Below the pieces are notes generated by a model. The model ran no database searches. It was not told the origin of the DNA and saw only the letters and a program-made list of their open reading frames with translations. Below, one piece after another: positions 50,968 to 61,439 of a stretch of 64,000 nucleotides of DNA. Position 1 is the first letter of the stretch, and each line of letters begins with the position of its first letter. Source of the stretch: a virus (lineage: Duplodnaviria; Heunggongvirae; Uroviricota; Caudoviricetes); IMG/VR virus record IMGVR_UViG_2609459800_000001, one strand, 5' to 3'. A program made the translations under genes and the position numbers.

Positions 50968-50991
50968 AAATCCCGCCGATTGGCGGGATTT
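50968..50991. terminator. Bidirectional terminator
   Basis: AAATCCCGCC-gatt-GGCGGGATTT has an A8 run before it and T-rich sequence after it. Confidence 0.85.
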
Positions 50992-50993
50992 CT

Positions 50994-51311
50994 TCAATAT
51001 ACGATCTGGTCTACATGATCCCCAAAATCATCGTCGTCATCGTCGTCGTCCTCATCGCCACCCTCTACTGCTGGCCAATCAACAAACCAGCCAGCGTAAA
51101 GATGCAGCGTTCGGAGAACATCACTTGCGGGAGCATCAAGGGTGTTAACGAATCCCATATAGCTATTGGGATTTGCCCCAGCTATGGCTTCAGCGATCAT
51201 GTCCTCGGTAATGTCACCGGAGATAATGCTTAAACGCCCGGAAACTTCTTCATTATCATCAAATTCGATAATGGCATCTCCGCCTAATGGCGCTGCGATT
51301 TTAATCTGCAT
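50994..51311 (-). CDS. Small highly acidic protein with a poly-Asp tract (last gene of the dar operon)
   Basis: 105 aa ending ...GGDEDDDDDDDDFGDHVDQIVY. Its start overlaps the ddrB stop by 11 nt. Confidence 0.6.
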   Translation of the reverse strand: MQIKIAAPLGGDAIIEFDDNEEVSGRLSIISGDITEDMIAEAIAGANPNSYMGFVNTLDAPASDVLRTLHLYAGWFVDWPAVEGGDEDDDDDDDDFGDHVDQIVY

Positions 51312-54288
51312 TATTTAGCTCCTTTGCCACACCTAATAACAGTTCCAGCAATCCGTCACCATTCATCAGTGATGCGGCAGCGGCCTCTTTGTCATGATAC
51401 AACTGAAGAGCCATAGAGAATACTTCCGTTGCTGACGTTTTGGAAATAGTCGGGGATTTCTGCCGAATTTTCCCAGTGTTACTTACTGAGGCTGGCGGGG
51501 ATACCTTCGCCATATAAATATTACTCAATCGAGATCTGAAGCACCATTCAGGCTTGCCACGCCCACCGATATTAACGAAAGATGGCTTATCCCCTTCAAC
51601 ATTGGCCTTCAGGAATGACCGGGCTTTCTCTAACAAACCAGGGTTACTGTACTCAAGATGATGACCCAGCTCGTGCCACAGTGCACTTGCATTTTCATCG
51701 TTCAAATTGACAGCAACAACACCATTAAGATTTGCATATGCCCTTCCCTTGTGGTGAACCACCTTTGATAAGGTCGAAATTTTACCGCCGGTCAGGCGAT
51801 AAATATCAGCAAGTTCCTTGCGCAGGTCTATCCCACCATTCTGTCCAGCGCGGGCTTCTTCCACTTCTTCCGTGATAAAAGAGTCGGCCCACTCAAGAGC
51901 TTTTTCTTCAGATACGGATGAGTTTGCGATCGCACTGTTCATGGCAGATAACACTTTCTCGTGGACCGAACCCATACTTCGCTGATTCATTTGCCAGCGT
52001 GTCTGCGGGTTATATGAGAATCGCTTAAGTAGTTGGTCAAGATGCTCAAGTTCTTCTTCACTGACATACTTTTTAGCCTCACCAATAATGCCAGGGAGAA
52101 TATTGCCGTTAGGATTAAACGCTCGCGAAAGGAAGAGTTTCAGCGCCCCCATGCCCTCCGATGCTTCAATATCACCAATAACCCGGTTAACAATGGCCGC
52201 ACTCTTCGGATTAGCATCCGCCAACGCTCTGGCTACAATTTGCAGGGACGATACGACCTCACGCTGCATATCCGTCCTGATCTCATCAATAAACTCTGGC
52301 GTTATGCCGTGCTCTTTAAGGATATCCCTGCCTTCCGCCGTTACCCCATCGATATCACCGACATGTTTATTAACCCGACTTTGCAATGCCTTAAATGCCT
52401 TCAGAATTCCACGGGCATCATCAGCTTTACTAACGGCCTTCCTGAATGCTGGCAAGAAGTCAGAGTTAACCTCATTTTGTTGATCGGCCCACTGAATGGA
52501 GGCTTCTTTCATCTCGTCCAGAGTCAGATCACCCAACGCGGTATGGTCTGTGAATATGAGCGACAACCTCTGAACCATTTCTGCCAATGGTGATGCCGAA
52601 TGCGCCGCGCTAAGGAATGCTTTCACCCTGGTTGGGCGAATGGAAAACCAGTCAATAGCTGGTGGCATATCTCCGTTTTTTATCGCCTGCGCTATCTCGT
52701 CAAAGCCATCGCGCCCAAGGGAGGATGCGTGATTTAACAAGCCGCGAAGTAACGAATTGCTGATACCGAATAATCGGCACCATTTTTTCACGTCGGCAAC
52801 AGGCATTCGAACAAAATGCGCAAGCACTTGTACAAGCTGTTCATCCTGGGGATCTGTGCGGGAAAGCAGCCTGATCAGATGAATAATGTCTTTGATGCCG
52901 GATGCCCGATGTAATAGCAAACTGGTATACGGAGCAACACCGTTGTAACTACCGCCGGAAACGGACTCGAAAAGACCGCCGGATATCCCTTGCATGCCTT
53001 CGTATTCCAGTTCCTGAGACACCTGGCGAAGGATATCCTGTAACGACACATCGCCGCCGCCAAACATATCCCCGAGCGCCTGGCCCTGGTGCTGTAACTC
53101 ATCATTGATACGTTGCGCCATCAACTTAAAGGCGGTGGCCATACGCTTCGCGCTACGGTTATTCGCGACGATGAACAACGCGAGTGCTTTCACTTCCGGG
53201 GCCGTTTCGCTGAACATATCCCCCTGAGCAATAACATCGGTAATATGCTGGCCTGACTCCTTCGATTGCCTTACCAGGTCTACCGCATCTTTCAATGCCG
53301 CCAGCGCCTTTTTATCGAGGCTATCCGCTGTCTCAATGCCATCAACAATAGTTGTCACAGCCTGCTTGTGCGCTTCTCCTGATAAAGCCTGCATCTGGAC
53401 AAAATCATTGGCTGCCGCATTAAGCGCCGTCAGAACATTACGCATATCCGGATCAGGTTCTTCTGCAACCATCCTTACCAGGCGCGCATCCTTATATGCC
53501 TTGGCAAAGATCGCGTTTTGTATACGGTCAACAAGTTGCCGTGTTGGTCGCCCATCTTCAGTTACAAGGCCAGCCGCCTGTGTGGCACCAACTTGCGTCA
53601 TGAATCCGCGAATAAACGCGTCATTACTGCGGCTAAGCAGATCTCCGCTTTCTGACGGGTTAAACAACGCCATCATCGCCGGTGTTATGCTGTCGGCATC
53701 AACAAAAGCCTTTTCACTGGCTGCCATTTCCTGGAGATCAGAAATATTTGAGTCCTTGGCAAACTGAACACGGTCAACCTTCGTTAACCGGCGGCGCACC
53801 AGTACCGGAGCCGTCATTGATTCAACCTTTTCAGGCCGTATGCCGAATTCGGTCGCATGTTCAATCAGGTACTCCCGATACCGATCCGCATTACCGTCCT
53901 GATAGGCTTTGATGATCCCCATGGTCCGTCCATTACCTGACTCAACGGCATTGTCCTCACCAATTATCGGCGCGCCATGGCTGGATAAACCGGAATCAGT
54001 AAGCTGAGCAGGCCGCAAATCTTTGGATATCTGGTTAACCTGAAGAAGGCTGGATGCGCGGGTCCGGTCGCGCGGCTGAAGTTCCTGGGGATAGTCAGGA
54101 TTAATTTTCCCATCCAGAGTATTGGATACCAAAAGAGCTGAGGCATCGACGATATCAAACGCTGTTTTTACCTCGTCTCCCTTCGCTGTCACCACATACG
54201 AAACCCGCCCATAATCGGGCAGGTTCTTTAGCAGCTCGATCAGCGTTTCTATGCTGGTGGCCATTACCACCTGATCGCTTAAGCTCAT
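51301..54288 (-). CDS. ddrB: Large dar-operon protein DdrB
   Basis: 995-aa ORF downstream of darA/ddrA as in P1. It contains an HELGH (HExxH) motif encoded at 51661..51675. Confidence 0.7.
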   Translation of the reverse strand: MSLSDQVVMATSIETLIELLKNLPDYGRVSYVVTAKGDEVKTAFDIVDASALLVSNTLDGKINPDYPQELQPRDRTRASSLLQVNQISKDLRPAQLTDSGLSSHGAPIIGEDNAVESGNGRTMGIIKAYQDGNADRYREYLIEHATEFGIRPEKVESMTAPVLVRRRLTKVDRVQFAKDSNISDLQEMAASEKAFVDADSITPAMMALFNPSESGDLLSRSNDAFIRGFMTQVGATQAAGLVTEDGRPTRQLVDRIQNAIFAKAYKDARLVRMVAEEPDPDMRNVLTALNAAANDFVQMQALSGEAHKQAVTTIVDGIETADSLDKKALAALKDAVDLVRQSKESGQHITDVIAQGDMFSETAPEVKALALFIVANNRSAKRMATAFKLMAQRINDELQHQGQALGDMFGGGDVSLQDILRQVSQELEYEGMQGISGGLFESVSGGSYNGVAPYTSLLLHRASGIKDIIHLIRLLSRTDPQDEQLVQVLAHFVRMPVADVKKWCRLFGISNSLLRGLLNHASSLGRDGFDEIAQAIKNGDMPPAIDWFSIRPTRVKAFLSAAHSASPLAEMVQRLSLIFTDHTALGDLTLDEMKEASIQWADQQNEVNSDFLPAFRKAVSKADDARGILKAFKALQSRVNKHVGDIDGVTAEGRDILKEHGITPEFIDEIRTDMQREVVSSLQIVARALADANPKSAAIVNRVIGDIEASEGMGALKLFLSRAFNPNGNILPGIIGEAKKYVSEEELEHLDQLLKRFSYNPQTRWQMNQRSMGSVHEKVLSAMNSAIANSSVSEEKALEWADSFITEEVEEARAGQNGGIDLRKELADIYRLTGGKISTLSKVVHHKGRAYANLNGVVAVNLNDENASALWHELGHHLEYSNPGLLEKARSFLKANVEGDKPSFVNIGGRGKPEWCFRSRLSNIYMAKVSPPASVSNTGKIRQKSPTISKTSATEVFSMALQLYHDKEAAAASLMNGDGLLELLLGVAKELNNAD

Positions 54289-54300
54289 CCCTGTTACGCC

Positions 54301-54666
54301 TTATGCTGCCTCTTTAATGTTGGCGGCTATCCATGCCGCCGTGTGCTGTTTAACCTGGTCCAGGTCGATGTATGTGCCAACATATTGACTCAAGTCTTGC
54401 AAGGTACCGATAAATGCATCTGTGCTCTGATCGACGAATTTATCAGCCAGGAAATCAGCAACCAGTTTTGGCACACCATCATGTTCCGAAGGTTGTTTTT
54501 CATCGCCACTACCACCGCCGGACGCGCCGTACCCCATCTGTTGCATGATCTGGTCAATTTCATCGCTGATATCCAGCAACTCCATGCCACTCGCGGTGGC
54601 CGCTTTGGACATCAGAGCATCCAACTTATCGCTGAGATCCATTAACTCAATAGCTGATAGTGTCAT
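54301..54666 (-). CDS. ddrA: Small acidic dar-operon protein DdrA
   Basis: 121-aa ORF whose start overlaps the darA stop. The position is as in P1. Confidence 0.6.
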   Translation of the reverse strand: MTLSAIELMDLSDKLDALMSKAATASGMELLDISDEIDQIMQQMGYGASGGGSGDEKQPSEHDGVPKLVADFLADKFVDQSTDAFIGTLQDLSQYVGTYIDLDQVKQHTAAWIAANIKEAA

Positions 54667-56582
54667 GCCGCTACCCCCGCTTTCTGGATTGCTACCAACA
54701 GATCAGCCAGGTGGCGAGCTGCGCCGTTAACCAGCTCTTCGTTTTCCTCAAAACGTCCGGCAGCCTGAAGGGCTGCAATCGCTTCCCGGACATTGCCCCG
54801 GGCGTTACGGATCTCCGCCATGTCAGTGCTTTGCATATCCATTACGTTATTGAGATATTCAATGGCTTTATTAGCCTCTGCATCTGCTTCGCTAACCGTT
54901 TCATCTGGCTGTGCCGGGGCCGGTTCTGGCTGAGTAATCTCACCGACTTCGGCCTGCAATGCATTGATCATGCTCTGCACCATTTTCTCGGTGCCAGCGC
55001 CCCCAGGAAACGCAATATTGGGGAAAGTTTTTTGAAACTGAGTTTTCAGCATTACGCGGAACTCGTCTGGTGAGCTGGTGGCCAGCTCCAGAGCTTTTTG
55101 TGCATATTTGCCAAACGGACCATTAGTAAGTGTCTTCGCCAGGAAGTCGAAAGAATCCTCGCGAGGCAATAACTTCAGGTCGTACTCACTCATTTGCTGA
55201 TCAGAAAGCGGGGTATCGTAAGTAGCAATGCCGTAGCGTGCATATTCATAATACGGGTCACCTTCATCAGGGCGCGGCAGAATCGCTTTGTTACCTTCAG
55301 GTATTGCGCCAGGGGCCGCCGGACGCATTTGCAGGGCATATCGATATGCACCTACAGAGACTTCTGGTTCAGGCGAAGAGCTACCGGTATCCTCCGCTGG
55401 TTCAGGTTCGACGTTTTCCGGTTTATGTTCTTCTGGTTGGACCAGATATTCCGATACATTACCCGCTTTATAGGCTTTAAACAGCTTGCCGATCGCATCT
55501 GCCATGTCCACACCCTGTATGGATTTAGCCTTGATCATGTATACGCTGCCATCCGGATCGGTTAACTGGATATACCCTTCGCCATCCCCAATGAATTGCT
55601 TCATTGATGCACCATTACTGAGCGTCGCTTCCCCGTCCATATGCATACGATTTTTGATACTGGCAAGGCGATCCGTCAGCGCGCGAGAGTGCCCACCAGT
55701 CATCCCCGCGGGAGCAATGGTATCGCGCCCACCAGTGCGATTGAGCTGATCAATCTCCGTCTGCAAACGCTCATTCTCTTCATAAAGAGAATCCGCTTCC
55801 GATGCAACAGCGTTAATTTTCTGCTCCAGATCTGCCTTCTGCCCTTCTACCGCTGCCACCTGATCCGCGAGGTCGCTCATGGCATCCTCTTTCTGGTCAC
55901 TGTCAGCCTGTAGTTGGGTTATTTCATCAACAAGGGCTTTTTTCTTCTTCTGCGCACGCTGGAATTTTGCCGAGTTTTTCTCTGCAAGGTTGGCAAGTTT
56001 CATGGTGACCTGCGCCAGCGTCATATCACGTCCACTCATCGGAGCAACGGTGTGAGTAACGTCTTTTTTATTCAGTAAGAACTGGAAAGCAACCAGCGTA
56101 TCGCTATTGGTGATCCGGTTTTCCGCTGTCGGGCTATGAAACAGAATGCTGATAGTCTGACCATCACTGAGCGGAATAATGGCTGGCAAGACCGGCAGCC
56201 CGTTAACGTTACGTGCCCGGCCAATTTCAGCGCCGCCGATCGCGCGCGCGCCGCTCTGGGCCACATCCCCCGTTTTATCACTCCCCGCAGAGATTCCGGT
56301 ACCATTCAGCTTCTGGTTCAATGCCCGGACAAATGCCTGCATGGTCCGGTGTAACTGCAAACGAGTAGAACTAATCGCCTCCAGTAAATCCGTAGCACAC
56401 CAGTGGATCGGCGTGTCATAGAAGAACGTAGCCTCGATTTCCTCCAGGGTGTTGGATTCCGTCATCAGATAGCGGTCCTCACCGGCCATTAATGCGCGAT
56501 ATTCATCATCAGTCACTGGCGGGGGAAGCACGTCAAGCCCAGGCTTGAGCGTCACCCCTTTATTGATATTGAACTGTTCCAT
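54663..56582 (-). CDS. darA: Antirestriction (defence against restriction) protein DarA
   Basis: 639-aa ORF following hdf. The size and position match P1 DarA. Confidence 0.8.
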   Translation of the reverse strand: MEQFNINKGVTLKPGLDVLPPPVTDDEYRALMAGEDRYLMTESNTLEEIEATFFYDTPIHWCATDLLEAISSTRLQLHRTMQAFVRALNQKLNGTGISAGSDKTGDVAQSGARAIGGAEIGRARNVNGLPVLPAIIPLSDGQTISILFHSPTAENRITNSDTLVAFQFLLNKKDVTHTVAPMSGRDMTLAQVTMKLANLAEKNSAKFQRAQKKKKALVDEITQLQADSDQKEDAMSDLADQVAAVEGQKADLEQKINAVASEADSLYEENERLQTEIDQLNRTGGRDTIAPAGMTGGHSRALTDRLASIKNRMHMDGEATLSNGASMKQFIGDGEGYIQLTDPDGSVYMIKAKSIQGVDMADAIGKLFKAYKAGNVSEYLVQPEEHKPENVEPEPAEDTGSSSPEPEVSVGAYRYALQMRPAAPGAIPEGNKAILPRPDEGDPYYEYARYGIATYDTPLSDQQMSEYDLKLLPREDSFDFLAKTLTNGPFGKYAQKALELATSSPDEFRVMLKTQFQKTFPNIAFPGGAGTEKMVQSMINALQAEVGEITQPEPAPAQPDETVSEADAEANKAIEYLNNVMDMQSTDMAEIRNARGNVREAIAALQAAGRFEENEELVNGAARHLADLLVAIQKAGVAA

Positions 56583-56583
56583 G

Positions 56584-57195
56584 TTAATTTCCTGCTTTCA
56601 GTTGCTTAAGACGACGTTTGAGTTCGCCATTCCGTGCCTTTTCGTTATTGAGTCGGCCCGTCTCCTTATCCAGCTTCGCCCGCAAATCAGTGATCTGCTG
56701 TTGATTGAAAGACACCGAATTCTGCGCGGACTTATAAGCGGCAACCACCTGAGCATTCCGCTGTTTTGCTTCTTGCAGGCGCTGAAAGTTGGATTTAACT
56801 GCCGGTTTCTTGTCTACCGGATTGGCAACACGCTTCGCTTTGGCGATCAGTGATTTCTGGAATTTTGCGGAGTTTTTGCGGGCCGCCTGTCCCATGACGG
56901 TACCAAGCGTCTTGATATCCGGCGACTGAGCGTTAGGAATAGCTTTTCCATTCAGTTTCACAGACGATATATCGCCAGTATCGTTTACCTGTATGGCAAG
57001 AATTTGTCCGTCGTTAAGAACCAGCTTTGCGGTTTTAACTTTAACGCCATCTTTCGTTGTTGCGCGGTTGCTGGAGTCAACCTCAATTACCGTAACCCCG
57101 GTTTTATTGATCGCCGCGATAAGGGATTTCAGCCCCTTTTCATTAACCTGGTCAAAATCGACCGTTGCATTCTTATTTTTCGTCATCTGACACAT
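56584..57195 (-). CDS. hdf: Hdf (homologue of a DarA fragment)
   Basis: 203 aa. It shares the ...AKFQ(K/R)...KK motif region with DarA (NSAKFQKSLIAKAKR vs NSAKFQRAQKKKKAL). Confidence 0.7.
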   Translation of the reverse strand: MCQMTKNKNATVDFDQVNEKGLKSLIAAINKTGVTVIEVDSSNRATTKDGVKVKTAKLVLNDGQILAIQVNDTGDISSVKLNGKAIPNAQSPDIKTLGTVMGQAARKNSAKFQKSLIAKAKRVANPVDKKPAVKSNFQRLQEAKQRNAQVVAAYKSAQNSVSFNQQQITDLRAKLDKETGRLNNEKARNGELKRRLKQLKAGN

Positions 57196-57616
57196 CCTGT
57201 GCGAGATTTATTACGTAACTTCTGCGGATTTGCTGAGTAACAGGGAAAATCCGATACAACGGGTTAATGAACGAGTCGCCATGCGTAACCATGACGTTGA
57301 AATGCCACAGTCGCTCTCCTTTACCCATATATTCAGTGGGTATGTACAACCATTCACTGTTTTCGCCCTGTTCAGCCGACGTCAGACAACGTTGTTCGCC
57401 TTCAATCACTGTCGTCGGCTTCTGAACATCGCGGATCCAATATCTGACCGTTGCGCCGCGCAAAAACGGGAATTTAGACCGGTATTTGAACGGCACCCGG
57501 ATGAAACCCGGTTTAATTTCCACATCACCAAGTTCTAAGTGCGTGATGTCCTTGCGTTTTAGCAAATAGCGATCGGCTAAGGCTAACGCAAGAACGCATA
57601 CACCCCAGCCAATCAT
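57173..57616 (-). CDS. lydB: LydB (holin antagonist)
   Basis: 147-aa ORF downstream of the holin-like gene and overlapping both neighbours. The P1 assignment is from memory. Confidence 0.55.
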   Translation of the reverse strand: MIGWGVCVLALALADRYLLKRKDITHLELGDVEIKPGFIRVPFKYRSKFPFLRGATVRYWIRDVQKPTTVIEGEQRCLTSAEQGENSEWLYIPTEYMGKGERLWHFNVMVTHGDSFINPLYRIFPVTQQIRRSYVINLAQDVSDDEK

Positions 57617-57942
57617 TTCCCGCCTCCCTTTTTCACCAAACTTGTAAGAACATTCAGAATGCTATCGATATTCACTCGTTTCATCCCTGAAATCACCTCA
57701 TGACCGTTATTGCTGGCTATCGTTACCATTAAGTACGTAATTGATAACTCCCAGCCCTCGTGTTGCCCCAATAGGTACGCCACCGCGCCAGCTGTCACTG
57801 CAACAAAGATCTCCGTAACCAATCCTAACAAATTGCCAGACTGGCGACCGTCTCGGACATCCATCAGGAACGTGCCTATCCCACCAATTACTGAAAGCAG
57901 GAGCGCAATAGCAACTGGAGCTAATTCCTGTGTGTCAAGCAC
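57613..57942 (-). CDS. lydA: Holin LydA
   Basis: 109 aa with three hydrophobic segments and a charged C-terminus (KKGGGK). Confidence 0.6.
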   Translation of the reverse strand: MLDTQELAPVAIALLLSVIGGIGTFLMDVRDGRQSGNLLGLVTEIFVAVTAGAVAYLLGQHEGWELSITYLMVTIASNNGHEVISGMKRVNIDSILNVLTSLVKKGGGK

Positions 57943-58009
57943 AAGTTCCCTCCTACGTTGTCAGGAGGTAATGGTATGCAAAGTAACTTCTCAACCGGTC
58001 ATTTGTTGC

Positions 58010-58291
58010 TTAAGAGGCATTTCTATTGAGGTGCGAATCGATAATCCTTTGTAACTTTTCAAGAATGAGCCTGTTATTGATGCTGCAAATAATAGTCACG
58101 CAATTCTGAAGACTTTCATCCATACCCTTATATTCCGCGAAATACATGCCTATAAAGCCTGCAAGTACGGCAGCAATACACTCGGCCATCAATTGCCTGC
58201 ATGACGCTTCGTAACGTTTTTCACGAACCCCATTCAGAAACGAATGCACCCCGCCAAGGATGGAGAGGAGCATTATTGTGAAATCACACAT
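58010..58291 (-). CDS. Holin-like small membrane protein (first gene of the operon)
   Basis: 93 aa with 2-3 hydrophobic helices. This may be P1 lydC, but I am not sure of the name. Confidence 0.5.
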   Translation of the reverse strand: MCDFTIMLLSILGGVHSFLNGVREKRYEASCRQLMAECIAAVLAGFIGMYFAEYKGMDESLQNCVTIICSINNRLILEKLQRIIDSHLNRNAS

Positions 58292-58418
58292 AACTATTTC
58301 CTTAATAGTGAATTAAATATCATTGGGAAACGGTATGTACTTTGTGATTTCCACACATACTGGTTTTTGTTAATTAAAATCCGCAGCTTGCTATAAATAA
58401 CGATAGTGAGCAGAAAAT

Positions 58419-58979
58419 ATGCTAATAGGCTATGTACGCGTATCAACAAATGAACAAAACACTGCTTTACAACGAAATGCCCTTGAAAGCGCAGGATGTG
58501 AGCTAATTTTTGAGGATAAGGCGAGCGGCAAAAAGGCTGAACGCCCTGGGCTAAGAAAGGTTTTGCGTATGCTTTCCAGAGGTGACACCCTGGTCGTATG
58601 GAAGTTAGATCGTCTTGGGCGCAGCATGCGTCACTTGGTTGTGCTGGTGGAGGAGCTGCGTGACAGAGGAATTAACTTCCGGAGTCTCACTGACTCCATC
58701 GACACCAGTACACCAATGGGGCGCTTTTTCTTTCACGTAATGGGGGCGCTGGCAGAAATGGAACGTGAGCTTATCGTTGAACGTACACGCGCTGGACTTG
58801 ATGCAGCTCGCGCAGAAGGTCGAATAGGAGGCCGTCGGCCTAAATACCAAGAAGAAACATGGCAGCAAATGCGTCGATTGCTGGAGAATGGCATCCCCCG
58901 TAAGCAGGTTGCAATCATCTATGATGTTGCTGTTTCCACGCTTTATAAAAAGTTTCCTGCGTCATCATTTCAATCCTAA
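58419..58979 (+). CDS. cin: Cin DNA invertase (serine recombinase)
   Basis: 186 aa. MLIGYVRVSTNEQNTALQRNALESAGCELIFEDKASG... is Hin/Gin/Cin family, recognisably P1 Cin. Confidence 0.95.
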   Translation: MLIGYVRVSTNEQNTALQRNALESAGCELIFEDKASGKKAERPGLRKVLRMLSRGDTLVVWKLDRLGRSMRHLVVLVEELRDRGINFRSLTDSIDTSTPMGRFFFHVMGALAEMERELIVERTRAGLDAARAEGRIGGRRPKYQEETWQQMRRLLENGIPRKQVAIIYDVAVSTLYKKFPASSFQS

Positions 58980-58996
58980 ACCTTGGTTTAAGAGAA
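58971..58996. other. cix crossover site (cin-proximal)
   Basis: CAATCCTAAACCTTGGTTTAAGAGAA. Its inner half is the exact inverted copy of the site at 63521..63546. Confidence 0.85.
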
Positions 58997-59171
58997 CTCG
59001 GTACCAGCGGTGAAAAGATCCCCCTGTTGAGCACGGCTAACACATGGAGTGCGCGCCAGACTTTCAACGGCGGGATCACCGGGGCGCTGACAGGGAACGC
59101 CGACACCGCGACGAAATTAAAAACAGCCATAAACATTAATGGCGTCAGGTTCGATGGTTCGGCTGACATTA
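58985..59171. repeat. C-segment inverted repeat, left copy
   Basis: It matches the reverse complement of 63346..63532 with a handful of mismatches and encodes the shared ...[59 protein letters not shown]. Confidence 0.9.
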
Positions 59172-60880
59172 CGTTGACTCCTAAAGATCTGGACGTTTAC
59201 AGCAAAAGCGAAATAGACAATAAAAAAGGGATGCGAAAATACACTTTTTCAGCGCCTGCAAATGCAGTAAGCGGTAAGTGGTATCCTATAGTCTTTCGCC
59301 GATCTGGAGGCAGTACCGATGAATTAGCCTCACGAGTTGTGATAACTACTTATTCCTCAGCTGGCGGATACGCCATGAATAATTGTGAATTTAATGGGTT
59401 TGTTATGCCTGGCGGTTGGTCTGATCGCGGTTCATATGCGGCTGGTTTTTTCTCAATATATTCTACTGCTGAGCGAGCTATACACTCGATTATTTCAAGT
59501 GTGAAAGATGACGATTTGTGTAGTGTATTTTACGTTGAAGCCAGAGCATTTCCTATCAAGATATTTGCTGAGGAGGGCTTGAACGTAATTGTTCCAACTA
59601 CTGACTATACCGTTGGTCAAGCCACCTATAAGTGGGGGGCCACAGATCCAGTAGCAGAAAGTACAAATACTCAAACCATTCTGGATTTTAAAAATGGACG
59701 TGGTTATTACTGCTCACATCAGTTTGTTTCAAGCCTTTCAGGAAATGCAGCAACAGCAACGAAATTAGCAAGTTCAATAAACATAGGTGGTGTATCCTTT
59801 GATGGTTCAGCCGATATAGATTTGCCTGGTGTGAATACAAAAGGTAATCAAGACACTACCGGTAATGCAGCGACAGCGACCAAGTTGCAGACAGCATGTA
59901 CTATCAACGGCGTCTCGTTTGATGGTTCTAAAGATATTGAACTTAACCCACGGTCTATAGGCACGATCAACTCCACAACAATGTCTTTTAGTGGTGGTGC
60001 TGGATGGTTCAAGCTGGCAACTGTAACAATGCCACAAGCCAGTTCCGTGGTTTACATAAACCTGATTGGTGGCGCAGGGTATAACGTTGGCTCCCCGCAG
60101 CAAGCAGGCATCTCTGAGCTGGTTCTGCGTGCAGGAAATGGAAATCCAAAAGGTATTACTGGTGCATTATGGCGACGGACCTCGGTTGGATTTACTAATT
60201 TTGCATGGGTGAATACATCCGGTGATACCTATGACATTTATGTAGAAATAGGTAATTACGCCACAGGTGTTAATATCCAGTGGGATTATACAAAGGATGC
60301 AACTGTACAAATTCATACATCACCAACTTATACAGCGAATAAACCAACAGGCCTGACAGATGGAACTGTATATGTAATTTACAGTTCGCACATTAAACCG
60401 ACTGCTGCTGAGGTTGGGGCATTGTCATTATCTGGCGGTCAATTGAATGGTGCATTGGGTATCGGAACATCCAGTGCTCTTGGCGGTAACTCGATTGTTT
60501 TGGGTGATAATGACACGGGCTTTAAACAAAATGGCGACGGTAATCTGGACGTTTATGCTAATAACGTTCATGTTATGCGCTTTGTCTCCGGCAGCATTCA
60601 AAGTAATAAAACCATAAATATTACAGGGCGTGTTAACCCCTCGGATTACGGTAACTTTGATTCTCGTTATGTAAGAGACATGCGACTTGGTGGAGCATCT
60701 ACATATAAACCAGCAAATAACACCTCGACATGGACGCATCAGGCACCATCAGGCTGCGTTTATACTGGCATTATAGTCCAGGATACCGGCTCGAATTCTG
60801 CCGATAATATTGGAGGTGTATATTACAGGCCGGTTCAGAAACAGATTAATGGAACATGGTATAACGTGGCACAGGTTTAA
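58985..60880 (+). CDS. Alternative tail-fibre variable part Sv' (5'-less cassette, silent in this orientation)
   Basis: The frame is open from the cix site and joins Sc only after inversion. The track ORF 59027..60880 is its internal part. Confidence 0.8.
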   Translation, partial: GLRELGTSGEKIPLLSTANTWSARQTFNGGITGALTGNADTATKLKTAININGVRFDGSADITLTPKDLDVYSKSEIDNKKGMRKYTFSAPANAVSGKWYPIVFRRSGGSTDELASRVVITTYSSAGGYAMNNCEFNGFVMPGGWSDRGSYAAGFFSIYSTAERAIHSIISSVKDDDLCSVFYVEARAFPIKIFAEEGLNVIVPTTDYTVGQATYKWGATDPVAESTNTQTILDFKNGRGYYCSHQFVSSLSGNAATATKLASSINIGGVSFDGSADIDLPGVNTKGNQDTTGNAATATKLQTACTINGVSFDGSKDIELNPRSIGTINSTTMSFSGGAGWFKLATVTMPQASSVVYINLIGGAGYNVGSPQQAGISELVLRAGNGNPKGITGALWRRTSVGFTNFAWVNTSGDTYDIYVEIGNYATGVNIQWDYTKDATVQIHTSPTYTANKPTGLTDGTVYVIYSSHIKPTAAEVGALSLSGGQLNGALGIGTSSALGGNSIVLGDNDTGFKQNGDGNLDVYANNVHVMRFVSGSIQSNKTINITGRVNPSDYGNFDSRYVRDMRLGGASTYKPANNTSTWTHQAPSGCVYTGIIVQDTGSNSADNIGGVYYRPVQKQINGTWYNVAQV

Positions 60881-60884
60881 ATTT

Positions 60885-61412
60885 ATGCAGCATTTGATCA
60901 ATATAACAGCGGGTAATCCAAAAACAGTTGAGCAATACCAGCTGACGAAACATTTTGATGTCATCTGGTTTTTTACAGAAGACGGTAAAAACTGGTATGA
61001 GGAACAAAAGAACTTCCAGGATGACACGATAAAATTAGCGTATGACAAAGATAACATCATCCGCTATGTGGAAAAGGATGTAACAGCTATCAGACCGGAT
61101 GGATTAAGTGTTGTTGAAGTGCCGGATATTACTGCTAACCGACGTGCCGACATTTCTGGTAACTGGATGTTTAAGGATGGCGCAGTTATTAAACGTATTT
61201 ATACGGCAGAGGAATTACAGCAGCAGGTAGAAAATCAGAAAGCCAGACTTCTTGCTGATGCTGAATCAGTCATTCAACTACTAGAGCGTGCAGTAAGGCT
61301 GAATATGGCAACGGATGAGGACCACAGCCGACTGGAAGCATGGGAACGCTACAGCGTTCTTGTAAGCCGCGTGGATACGGCAAAGCCAGAATGGCCACAA
61401 AAACCTGAGTAA
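60885..61412 (+). CDS. Alternative tail-fibre assembly/chaperone protein U'
   Basis: 175 aa. [21 protein letters not shown]... is paralogous to U ([21 protein letters not shown]...). Confidence 0.85.
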   Translation: MQHLINITAGNPKTVEQYQLTKHFDVIWFFTEDGKNWYEEQKNFQDDTIKLAYDKDNIIRYVEKDVTAIRPDGLSVVEVPDITANRRADISGNWMFKDGAVIKRIYTAEELQQQVENQKARLLADAESVIQLLERAVRLNMATDEDHSRLEAWERYSVLVSRVDTAKPEWPQKPE

Positions 61413-61416
61413 AAAT

Positions 61417-61436
61417 AAGGCCCGATAACGGGCCTT
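61417..61436. terminator. Bidirectional terminator between U' and U
   Basis: AAGGCCCG-ataa-CGGGCCTT is flanked by an A-run and a T-run. Confidence 0.85.
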
Positions 61437-61439
61437 TTC

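Noticed and set aside
51030-51066. GAT/GAC-rich run (poly-Asp codons), considered as a simple-sequence repeat or slippage tract.
   Set aside because: It is an imperfect mix of GAC/GAT/GAG codons in frame within a coupled ORF, so I interpret it as coding for an acidic tail rather than as a contingency repeat.
57943-58009. Late-promoter-like AACAAATGACC on the minus strand between the first holin-like gene and lydA.
   Set aside because: The sequence at the expected N5 spacing (AGAAGT) is not a TANNNT -10, so it is not called.
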